Shown here: positions 1 to 7,139 of the stretch, piece by piece
How positions within the stretch are numbered: position 1 is the stretch's first letter
How the letters are laid out: every line of letters starts with the position of its first letter
Sequence record: PQ295795
DNA length: 44,712 nt
Source: Escherichia phage vB_Eco_Lzu_P1
Direction: 5' to 3' (one strand)
Program-made: the position numbers and the translations under genes
Notes under the pieces: generated by a model
The model's database searches: none
Told to the model about the DNA's origin: nothing
What the model saw: only the letters and a program-made list of their open reading frames with translations

Positions 1-127
1 AATGCAAACAGCCAGATTAACGCGGTCCAGGTGGTATCAGATACGTCTCCTGTTTGCAACAGTCCGATAATACAGACCATTGCCGTTAACAGATACAGCA
101 CCCGGCCGAAAATGCCATCCCGGACGG
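1..127. repeat. Terminal overlap, copy 1 (identical to 44586..44712)
   Basis: Direct reading: bases 1-127 equal 44586-44712 base for base; a minus-strand ORF runs through it without a stop. Confidence 0.9.
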
Positions 128-194
128 ACGGCGCATACACGTTAAACAGGGACGAAGCCCCGATGATAACAAACAACAGGACGGAGATAATCAT
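1..194 (-). CDS. Small holin/antiholin-like membrane protein, N-terminal part (ORF runs off window start; completed at 44534..44585 in the other copy)
   Basis: ATG at 194 overlaps the stop of the 191..481 gene (ATGA coupling). Translation MIISVLLFVIIGASSLFNVYAP...LLTAMVCIIGLL has 2-3 hydrophobic helices and no stop before position 1. About 81 aa when joined across the junction. Confidence 0.5.
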   Translation of the reverse strand, partial: MIISVLLFVIIGASSLFNVYAPSVRDGIFGRVLYLLTAMVCIIGLLQTGDVSDTTWTALIWLFA

Positions 195-481
195 TTTGCA
201 CCCCCCGGAAGTCGGAACGACGCAATAGTCTCCCTGATCCGGTCGGCGATTGGCATCCAGAAAATTGCGGTTACGAAGCCCAAACCGGCGACAGTGCGCT
301 CACCCGACAAACCAGCCCACTCGGCGATAGCCGGTGCGCCAAATATGGCACACAGGAAGCCAACTACGACATACAAAACGAAGTTTAGCGGCCCCTTCGT
401 AGCCTCACCATGAATGCGTGCGCCTACGAAGCCACCCGCCAGACATGCCAGGGCGAATAGCCACTCGTTTAGCTTATCCAT
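191..481 (-). CDS. Holin-like membrane protein (96 aa, about 3 TM helices)
   Basis: ORF track; three hydrophobic segments (WLFALACLAGGFVGA, LNFVLYVVVGFLCAIFGAPAIA, VAGLGFVTAIFWMPIA) with a charged C-terminus; sits directly upstream of a second membrane protein and the endolysin in the circular map. Confidence 0.55.
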   Translation of the reverse strand: MDKLNEWLFALACLAGGFVGARIHGEATKGPLNFVLYVVVGFLCAIFGAPAIAEWAGLSGERTVAGLGFVTAIFWMPIADRIRETIASFRLPGGAK

Positions 482-487
482 AAAAAA

Positions 488-516
488 GTCCCAGTAAGTT
501 TTATCTCACTGGGACT
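488..516 (-). terminator. Intrinsic terminator (minus strand) immediately upstream of the holin gene
   Basis: Minus strand reads AGTCCCAGT-gagataaaactt-ACTGGGACT followed by TTTTTT then the holin ATG; 9-bp perfect stem. Confidence 0.55.
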
Positions 517-533
517 ATATCACGCTTGCATAA

Positions 534-821
534 TTAATCGAAAACGGACCACTTGCCGACGCCTTTCCACTCCCACCCGGATGAGCGGACGGCTTCGAAT
601 GTTCGACCGCCTATCATATCCCGATACCACAGCCACCACATGCGCAACCTGGTCGGGTGCTCCGTGATTCCACGGCGCTTGTAGATCTCGAACGTCATGC
701 GGGTAATGCTGGCTGCTTCCACGGCGGGCCATACCAAGAATACCCATATTGCGCCCAGCACTCCCGTAACCAGGCATAACATGCTGGCCATACCAAACCA
801 ATAAATCACATCGTGTAACAT
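534..821 (-). CDS. Small membrane protein (start chosen at internal ATG with AAGGGG RBS; ORF extends to 860)
   Basis: ORF track 534..860; hydrophobic helix IYWFGMASMLCLVTGVLGAIWVFLVWPAV; the overlapping alternative-frame ORF 520..864 is arginine-rich and less protein-like. Confidence 0.45.
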   Translation of the reverse strand: MLHDVIYWFGMASMLCLVTGVLGAIWVFLVWPAVEAASITRMTFEIYKRRGITEHPTRLRMWWLWYRDMIGGRTFEAVRSSGWEWKGVGKWSVFD

Positions 822-942
822 CGAATTGCCCCTTCCGGTTTGCCAATATGGCGCGCCCATGCACGCGCCACGAAGTAATTGCGAAATACCCGACCGCCTA
901 TCTCGAAGCGGTTATGCTGAAGCATATCACGGATCGTCGCAC

Positions 943-1560
943 TCATTTCAGAATCACCGAGCGCGGGTCGATGGCGTTCATGCTGCCGTCTCGTTCCACC
1001 CGGATGAATCCAACGCCATATTCCTGCGCATGGCGCTGTGCATTCGTCACGGCGTCAAAGCGATTGACTATTTGGCGTACTGCGTTGCCCATCTTCGCCT
1101 GCACCTGGTGGGAGTCGTAGGTTGCGTAGGCGGGCTGCGACTTGCGGAACTCCACACGCGTCTTCTGCGCCACGTCACGCGTTACTCGGTTAACTGCGTC
1201 CGCTATGGCGCTCGCTCGCTCATGTGGCTGGCGGTCCCGAAGGTGGTATTTCCGGCCTACTCGCTCGTAGTTGACAAGGCCGAAGTAAGTCATACCGGCG
1301 ACGCCATCCTTGCGGGATTGCATACGCAGGCCATGAAGCCCGACATACTCGACGACCCACATACTGCCGTCGCGAATATCACGCAGCACATCGCCGCGCT
1401 CGATATCATGCGTGAGGATTTCGCATTCCTCCGGCAGCTTGTCTTTCTTCGCCCACCACACCCGATTTCCTGCCGCGTTTTGCAAGCGGACGTGTGCTGC
1501 CAGGGTCTGTATTGGCTTCAGGATTTTGCCGTCTGATTTGCGGCGGAATAGTAATTTCAT
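943..1560 (-). CDS. Hypothetical protein (205 aa)
   Basis: ORF track; strong RBS AAGGAG 8 nt upstream of ATG; same-strand operon context. Confidence 0.6.
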   Translation of the reverse strand: MKLLFRRKSDGKILKPIQTLAAHVRLQNAAGNRVWWAKKDKLPEECEILTHDIERGDVLRDIRDGSMWVVEYVGLHGLRMQSRKDGVAGMTYFGLVNYERVGRKYHLRDRQPHERASAIADAVNRVTRDVAQKTRVEFRKSQPAYATYDSHQVQAKMGNAVRQIVNRFDAVTNAQRHAQEYGVGFIRVERDGSMNAIDPRSVILK

Positions 1561-1632
1561 TGCTCTGTCTCCTTAAAGTTTAACCGTGCCGCGGGGGAGT
1601 GTAATGTTTTGCTAATCGATGCTTTCATAATC

Positions 1633-1869
1633 TTACCTCCTGTACCTGTACATGTTGTCGCCCTCTGCGGCTAGTGGTGACCATTTCGCCCATACAGGCA
1701 CGTCGCGCATACGCGCGCAAAGTTCCTCGGTAGTGTAGTCGTCGATCTCCTCAATTTCTTCGATAGTTTTCGTGTCGCCATCGCACACAGTAGCGATGCC
1801 GTTTTGTTCGTAGTCAAGTACGCACATATGCAGGTAGATATACTCCTGCGAGAATCCGCCTATCATCAT
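1633..1869 (-). CDS. Small protein whose C-terminal half is a diverged copy of the DNA polymerase C-terminus (catalytic residues not conserved)
   Basis: ...DDYTTEELCARMRDVPVWAKWSPLAAEGDNMYRYRR here versus ...DDYTTEELCALMCDLPVWAKGFPLAAEGDIMYRYRK at the end of the 9900..12191 polymerase; nucleotide identity roughly 80 percent over about 110 bp; ATGA overlap with the upstream ORF. Confidence 0.5.
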   Translation of the reverse strand: MMIGGFSQEYIYLHMCVLDYEQNGIATVCDGDTKTIEEIEEIDDYTTEELCARMRDVPVWAKWSPLAAEGDNMYRYRR

Positions 1870-2135
1870 TTGCGCAGTCTCCAGTGTTTGCCTGCCCGCC
1901 CGACTGCGGGCTTCCGGCGTAATGTAATACGGATTCCCATTGGTTGCAAGGAAGTCCGCACCCTGAAATCGTGTTTTGCTGCGAACTGGTGCAAGTAGCG
2001 TGTCTGCGTCAACGGCTTCACATCGTCGCGATAGCTCCAGAACACAGAATCGCCCTCAGTCGCATTCTTAGCCCATATGCGTATGCAATGCAGCGGAATA
2101 TGCCACGAAAGCTGTTTAGCTCGTCTGCGGACCAT
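1866..2135 (-). CDS. Hypothetical basic protein (89 aa)
   Basis: ORF track; AAGGGG RBS; tight packing between flanking minus-strand ORFs; composition somewhat atypical. Confidence 0.35.
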   Translation of the reverse strand: MVRRRAKQLSWHIPLHCIRIWAKNATEGDSVFWSYRDDVKPLTQTRYLHQFAAKHDFRVRTSLQPMGIRITLRRKPAVGRAGKHWRLRK

Positions 2136-2144
2136 TTTGGCCCC

Positions 2145-2450
2145 TTATTTCGCAAGCTGGGCAAATAGTTCGCGCTGTGCTTTAATCCGGGCGACGTTTG
2201 TCACTGCCGTCTCACCGATCCCGAAGCGATACGCCAGGCGCTCGCGGGAGAATGCCTGCGCGTATGCATGGATGGCCTTACGCAACGGCCTCAGTTCGTC
2301 CATGCTGGCGCCCATACCGTAAAGCGCGCTGCGAAGTGATTGATGCGCCAGTATCGCGACCTGAAGCGCCGAGTCTACGTTGCCGTTTAGTGCCTTCGCT
2401 TCGTCCAGCTTTGCCACGGCCAGGGAGTAATTCCAGATAATCGCTTTCAT
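2145..2450 (-). CDS. Hypothetical protein with possible helix-turn-helix (101 aa)
   Basis: ORF track; segment FGIGETAVTNVARIKAQ resembles an HTH; ATGA overlap with the upstream ORF. Confidence 0.45.
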   Translation of the reverse strand: MKAIIWNYSLAVAKLDEAKALNGNVDSALQVAILAHQSLRSALYGMGASMDELRPLRKAIHAYAQAFSRERLAYRFGIGETAVTNVARIKAQRELFAQLAK

Positions 2451-2626
2451 AGTTCCGTAACCCTCTCAACCAGTTTATGCCCTAAACGATAGCTGTCGCC
2501 CCAAAGTAGCAGGCCCATAAATTCATCGATGCTAAACGCTCGCTTGCACACAGTGCGAAGCTCCCCGTTGTGGACTACCGTATCGCCGATCTTGATTTCG
2601 TGCTTATCAACCATTTCGGTTTTCAT
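2447..2626 (-). CDS. Hypothetical small protein (59 aa)
   Basis: ATG at 2626 preceded by AGGAGGG RBS; ORF track extends to 2686 but no RBS there. Confidence 0.45.
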   Translation of the reverse strand: MKTEMVDKHEIKIGDTVVHNGELRTVCKRAFSIDEFMGLLLWGDSYRLGHKLVERVTEL

Positions 2627-2646
2627 GTTCCGCCCTCCTATTGGTG

Positions 2647-2690
2647 TGCAACCAATATAGCAGGGTGCTGGGGTGGATGCAACCAATATT
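2647..2690 (-). promoter_or_regulatory. Sigma70-like promoter (minus strand) built from two direct copies of the ATATTGGTTGCA motif
   Basis: Minus strand: TTGCAT - 17 nt - TATATT, second motif copy ending about 20 nt before the RBS of the 2626 gene. Confidence 0.5.
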
Positions 2691-2841
2691 AATCACGCGC
2701 ATGAAAAAGTCGATCGCTATCCGTTGCAACTGCAAACTGCATTTTTCACACCCCATTCAGCAACTCGCATTGGTTGCCTAGTTCAGTGACGACCGCAATC
2801 CGCAACATGCTGCCGTGTATTTTGCAATCCCGGATTTTATG

Positions 2842-3012
2842 CAGTCTCAGACGAGGGGGGCCATTGACCCCCGTCTAGTCTGAAAGACTGGGCTTTGTCC
2901 CGCCTGTCCCGCTCCCCTCCAGGCCGCGTCATCTGTGGGCGGGACGGGGTGCTGTCCCGCTTTGTCCCGCCTCCTGTTTGTCCCGCTTTTTGTCCCGCTT
3001 ACTTTATGCAGT
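2842..3012. repeat. Non-coding hairpin plus GTCCCGC iteron element, copy A
   Basis: 2842-2911 identical to 30662-30731 (70 bp); imperfect hairpin AGACGAGGGGGG-ccattga-CCCCCGTCT; at least six direct TGTCCCGC units plus one inverted; ends with TTTATGCAG as in copy B. Confidence 0.85.
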
Positions 3013-3104
3013 TTTATTGCATAACTATGCATTATATTCACACTACACGGCAACCAATGTGACCAGATAAAAACGCTCAAAATGGAAACCAATGCGCGCA
3101 AAAT

Positions 3105-5369
3105 TTAATCGTTCAGGTCGTCATCGGTCGCCGAAAGCGTGATGGGGATATCCGATTTGATGACTAAATTCGACGACCCATATATGGCCCCGGTGTGCGG
3201 ATCTGTATAGAAACCGATCACGCCGCGCTCAACCATATCGTCGATTGCCTTCGTCGAAGTGCCCCCCTTCGCGAGTCCTGCCTGGCGGACTATTGCCGAT
3301 TTACTGAAACCAGTATGGTCCGGGTTATCTTCCATCAGTTTTTCCAGGGCCGCGTAAAGTACCTTTTCTTTTTCGGTGCGCGGTCCGGCGGTGTTCTCAT
3401 CCTTAACTGCGGCTTTTCCTGCGGCCTTCGCCTGTTCTATAGCGAACGGTGCCAGGGCGACCGGTACGAGGTATAAAGTCTCGTCGCGCGGGGTGGACGC
3501 AATTGGTTTGACGTCCCAACCAGCAACTACGTCACCGAAGTCTGGCCCGGTGCTGGTGGACTGGTGCGACGCGAACGCTTCTGACTTGCGGAGATCTACC
3601 GCCACCTTGCACTTGAGCAGGACGAAGCCACGCGGCGCTTGCTTGATGCCGTTACGTGACTTTTCGTGATACAGGTTAAGTTGTCCCGGCTGGTTGTCGT
3701 CCGGCTGTTCCAGGAAGAAAGCTGAATCGACAGCGCCATGCAGTGCGCCGGATCCGCGTGGGGTTCTGCTGCCGTTTGCACCCTTCGCCGGGTGGTGGAT
3801 GACGCCCGCACTGCCACCTGTGTTTTCCGCAATGGCCTTCAGCGCTTTGACCACTTCACCCATATCGCTGGCGTTGTTCTCGTCAAACGGTTTAGCATCG
3901 GCGGACCGCAGCGCAACAGTCTGGTTGAGTGAGTCGAACGCCACCAGGCCAACAGGTTCGCCGTTAGCGGTGCGGTTGATAAAGCTGATAACTTCGCGCA
4001 AACCGGACTTGCTGGTGATATCCCAGCCGCGAGACTGCAGGTCGATAATGTGCAGCTTGTCCAGGTCGTGCTCGTATTTAATCTGCAATGCTTCTTTGCG
4101 CTGGTTGGAGGCTTCGCCGCCTTCCGCGTCGAAATAGAAGCAATGAGACTGGACGACCTTCGCACCGCCAAACGGGATACCCGCGGCAACCGCGCCCATT
4201 TGGCCCAGCACATAGAAAGACTTACCGATATTCGACTCACCAGCCATATACCAGGTTGATTTAAAGTTAATCAACCCCTCGATTATCGGGTCGTGCTTGC
4301 TGAACAGTGCGACCGGCTCGTTATCCAGATCCGCATCGGTGCACACGCCGTATTCTTCGCCGTCGCCAACCGCATCAACAATATGATCATATAAGGATTC
4401 TACTTCCTCGTCGTCCAGACCTGGCAGGATGGCGGCGATTTGCTTACGTGACATGTTGTGCGGCTCGACGTTCAGGTGGTCCGGTATCCCGATAAGACGT
4501 AGCGCCAGGTGCTGGTGTCTATTTAGCTCAGAGCAACACTCGTTGCCGGTGTGCATACACTTGAAACGGATCTCGCCATCCTTGACCATGATAGCCGTCG
4601 ACCCTTCGCCGCTGTGCAGATGTTCGTTCGGGCACGGCACTTCATAACCGCGACCGGAAGATAACTCCTCGAATCCTGCCTGGAAGCACCAGTCCAGAAT
4701 GCCGTCAGCCACTGCGTCGTCGCCCTGGGTAAGCTCACGGCGTACTTCCTCTTTCTCCACTCCCAGCTTGTCAGCCAGGCGAAGCAGACGACGCACACTG
4801 GCGCGCTTGCCGTAGTGACACTTAATAACAGACTGCTGGTGTGGTAGGTACATAAGACGGTTTGTGTCTTTCGTGCAGTCGTCGAAGTCCACATCAGACA
4901 GGCCCAGTTGGTCTAACAGCGCGTACTGGACGCGGCCCAGGTCTTCCGCCGGTACTGGTTTATCTGTGAGCACAAGGAAACGGGCGCAACGCGTGCCGCC
5001 TTTCAGCGGGTGGCGGTCGCCGGTGGTTGTGTGGAATACGTGCTCCAGCCCCGCGTCGATAAAAGCCTTACGGCAGCGGCGTAGGGTGCGAGTGTCGGTG
5101 CGGTCAATATCAAAGAACAGGATCGAGCGGTCCACCGCACTGGTCTTGCGGCGTAGGCCGTCACTGGTATATGCCACGATGCCATCGGCCTTACGCTTGC
5201 GGCGCGCATACTCGGCTTTATCTTCCGTCTTGTTGATATGCACCGAGGAGATTTCTTTCGCGTCATTGATAAATTCGAAAAATTCATCGGTGGTCATCTG
5301 GAAGTTTTCCGCCCTGGCTTTTTCGCCTTTTTTAGCGGGTCGTGTTACCGCGAATTTAATTAAGCTCAT
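3105..5369 (-). CDS. DNA primase-helicase (N-terminal primase-polymerase-like domain, RecA/DnaB-like ATPase with Walker A GESNIGKS)
   Basis: 754-aa ORF; Walker A GESNIGKS, cysteine/histidine cluster CPNEHLH...CMHTGNECC, acidic FFDIDRTD motif typical of primase-polymerase domains. Confidence 0.7.
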   Translation of the reverse strand: MSLIKFAVTRPAKKGEKARAENFQMTTDEFFEFINDAKEISSVHINKTEDKAEYARRKRKADGIVAYTSDGLRRKTSAVDRSILFFDIDRTDTRTLRRCRKAFIDAGLEHVFHTTTGDRHPLKGGTRCARFLVLTDKPVPAEDLGRVQYALLDQLGLSDVDFDDCTKDTNRLMYLPHQQSVIKCHYGKRASVRRLLRLADKLGVEKEEVRRELTQGDDAVADGILDWCFQAGFEELSSGRGYEVPCPNEHLHSGEGSTAIMVKDGEIRFKCMHTGNECCSELNRHQHLALRLIGIPDHLNVEPHNMSRKQIAAILPGLDDEEVESLYDHIVDAVGDGEEYGVCTDADLDNEPVALFSKHDPIIEGLINFKSTWYMAGESNIGKSFYVLGQMGAVAAGIPFGGAKVVQSHCFYFDAEGGEASNQRKEALQIKYEHDLDKLHIIDLQSRGWDITSKSGLREVISFINRTANGEPVGLVAFDSLNQTVALRSADAKPFDENNASDMGEVVKALKAIAENTGGSAGVIHHPAKGANGSRTPRGSGALHGAVDSAFFLEQPDDNQPGQLNLYHEKSRNGIKQAPRGFVLLKCKVAVDLRKSEAFASHQSTSTGPDFGDVVAGWDVKPIASTPRDETLYLVPVALAPFAIEQAKAAGKAAVKDENTAGPRTEKEKVLYAALEKLMEDNPDHTGFSKSAIVRQAGLAKGGTSTKAIDDMVERGVIGFYTDPHTGAIYGSSNLVIKSDIPITLSATDDDLND

Positions 5370-5379
5370 TGCCGTTGCC

Positions 5380-5709
5380 TTACTTCGAAGTTTTATTATT
5401 GCGTACCCAGGAGCGCACGGTGCTCTGATTAATTCCTGTCAACTCAGCGATCATTGCCCAGGATTTGCCCTCGGCGCGCAAACGGATAACCTGTTTTTTG
5501 TATTCTTCCATTTCGTCATTGTGCTTTTGCAGCTTGCTTGCTGCCGTGCCGTTGAGTAATTCCAGCTTCGCGGTAAGCTCCTTCTCAGCACGCGATAATC
5601 TGGACACTTCAAATAACAGAGTATCCACCGCATTTGTGTAATACCAGGATTTACCCGCTTCGCCGCGGATTGCATTAGATAACACTTCAATTGCTTCTTT
5701 GATATTCAT
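5380..5709 (-). CDS. Helix-turn-helix DNA-binding protein (putative transcription regulator)
   Basis: C-terminal GKSWAMIAELTGINQSTVRSWVRN is a classic HTH; first gene of the minus-strand block next to the divergent promoter region. Confidence 0.55.
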   Translation of the reverse strand: MNIKEAIEVLSNAIRGEAGKSWYYTNAVDTLLFEVSRLSRAEKELTAKLELLNGTAASKLQKHNDEMEEYKKQVIRLRAEGKSWAMIAELTGINQSTVRSWVRNNKTSK

Positions 5710-5740
5710 AATTCAGTCTCCTGTTGGCTAATGACCAACG

Positions 5741-5769
5741 AAACTACACCCAAAACTGCACGGTGTCAA
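5741..5769 (-). promoter_or_regulatory. Sigma70-like promoter for the minus-strand block
   Basis: Minus strand: TTGACA - 17 nt - TAGTTT, about 30 nt upstream of the RBS of the 5709 gene. Confidence 0.45.
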
Positions 5770-5839
5770 ATCCTTTGGATATTGAAACGGGCGCGCACGC
5801 GTGTAATAATAATTCCCGTCTCATTGTCTCTTATTGGTT

Positions 5840-5875
5840 AGCGCCGTCGCATTTTGCTTCGGCGCTTTTTTTTTT
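5840..5875 (+). terminator. Intrinsic terminator (plus strand) with T10 tract
   Basis: AGCGCCG-13 nt loop-CGGCGCT followed by TTTTTTTTTT; no plus-strand CDS upstream. Confidence 0.6.
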
Positions 5876-5885
5876 AAATTAGTTG

Positions 5886-5914
5886 TTGACTCCCTTCTGC
5901 AACCAATCTAATAT
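5886..5914 (+). promoter_or_regulatory. Early promoter (sigma70-like) for the plus-strand replication block
   Basis: TTGACT - 17 nt - TAATAT; spacer contains TGCAACCAAT motif. Confidence 0.55.
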
Positions 5915-6110
5915 TCACCTCGTCGACAGGATGCAGGAAGCAAACTGGAGAGGGGCAACGCAGGGGCCGGATCGAAGTGTCAGGATTCCCAACCGTGATT
6001 ATATAACCCGGTCCACTACCCGAAAGGGAGAACGCGCAACCGGGCGCTATGTTAAGGCCACCGACGAAGTTAATGGTCGACACCTAAACTTAACCAATCG
6101 GAGATATACC

Positions 6111-6650
6111 ATGTTTGAGCAAATCGTAAACCTGATCACTCGCGGCGTAGTAGCCCTGGAAATCATCGCTAAGCATTATGAAACCGTTGGCGCTGCCGTA
6201 GACCCAAAAGCAAACGGCACCGCTAAGAAAGGCAAGGCCAAGCCGGAGAACGAAGTCGAAGACGACGATCAGGACGAAGTCGAAGATACGCCCAAAGCGA
6301 AAAAAGGCGCGGCAAAAGAAACCAAGTCTAAAGGTAAGGCCAAAAAAGAAGTCGTAGAGGATGACGACGAGGATGAAGCCGAAGACGAAAAACCGGCTAA
6401 AACCAAAAAAGCACCAGCGAAAGGCAAAGGTAAGAAAGATGCCGATCCGCTGGCAGAGATGCGCGACGAAATCAAACAGTATGCCGCGATTATCGCAGGC
6501 GGTGATGACGACGATGCGAACGACGAATTCGACGACCTGCTGGAATCGTTCGAGATCAAATCAATCGCTAAACTGGAAGACGACGACGTGGAAGACTTCC
6601 ACAAAGACCTGAAAGAAATCGTCGAAACTTATTTCGAACTGGAAGATTAA
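6111..6650 (+). CDS. Highly charged low-complexity protein (alternating acidic and lysine-rich blocks), first early gene
   Basis: ATG at 6111 with GGAGAT RBS; 179 aa with runs such as EDDDQDEVED, KAKKGAAKETKSKGKAKK, GGDDDDANDEFDD; ORF track 5883..6650 includes an upstream extension without RBS. Confidence 0.6.
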   Translation: MFEQIVNLITRGVVALEIIAKHYETVGAAVDPKANGTAKKGKAKPENEVEDDDQDEVEDTPKAKKGAAKETKSKGKAKKEVVEDDDEDEAEDEKPAKTKKAPAKGKGKKDADPLAEMRDEIKQYAAIIAGGDDDDANDEFDDLLESFEIKSIAKLEDDDVEDFHKDLKEIVETYFELED

Positions 6651-6656
6651 TATTAT

Positions 6657-6686
6657 CCGGCCCGCAGATTAGCGGGCCTCTTTTTA
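6657..6686 (+). terminator. Intrinsic terminator
   Basis: GGCCCGC-agatta-GCGGGCC followed by TCTTTTT. Confidence 0.6.
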
Positions 6687-6698
6687 GAGGACGAGACA

Positions 6699-6950
6699 AT
6701 GGCACGCTTCACGCTAATAGAGGCGGTGGATTCCCGCGACCAGCGCCCATATTATTGGCTATTCGAACGCATCGGCAGCTTTCAATCACGCGTTGCCGTA
6801 ATTGATAAACGCCGCACTACACCCGCGCAAATTAAGCGCACCACCTTTACCAATCCAGACTTTTATATTTGGGCTGACTCCAATCTGGAATATGTTCGCT
6901 TCGCCGTTGCATCCGAAGCAAAAACAATTGACCGCTGGGAGACAAAATAA
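6699..6950 (+). CDS. Hypothetical protein (83 aa)
   Basis: ORF track; GAGGA RBS. Confidence 0.5.
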   Translation: MARFTLIEAVDSRDQRPYYWLFERIGSFQSRVAVIDKRRTTPAQIKRTTFTNPDFYIWADSNLEYVRFAVASEAKTIDRWETK

Positions 6951-7139
6951 ATGGCTATATTTTTCGTTTTATTTCGCTGCCGTATCACTGGCGACGAGAT
7001 ACCAGAAATAATCAGGCATGAGAACTGGCTTTGCTGTTGGGGGAAAGCCTGCGACCTGGCTTTGACAATGAACGAAGACGCGAAGCGGGACAATGTTGAA
7101 CACGATTATTACATTGCTCAATTTTCAAGGGTGGAATAA
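6951..7139 (+). CDS. Hypothetical protein (62 aa)
   Basis: ORF track; start abuts previous stop, stop overlaps next start (TAATG). Confidence 0.4.
   Translation: MAIFFVLFRCRITGDEIPEIIRHENWLCCWGKACDLALTMNEDAKRDNVEHDYYIAQFSRVE

Noticed and set aside
31-228. 65-aa plus-strand ORF across the terminal repeat
   Set aside because: Antisense to the holin-like gene pair that shows translational coupling; no RBS.
520-864. 114-aa minus-strand ORF in alternative frame
   Set aside because: Overlaps 534..860 in another frame; arginine-rich and non-globular, whereas the competing frame encodes a clear TM helix.
826-1536. 236-aa plus-strand ORF
   Set aside because: Antisense to the RBS-supported 943..1560 gene and to the membrane-protein gene; no RBS; unusual composition.
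2847-3101. 84-aa ORF inside iteron element copy A
   Set aside because: Lies entirely in the repeat/hairpin region; translation is low-complexity (P/R/G-rich) and the frame is not conserved in copy B.
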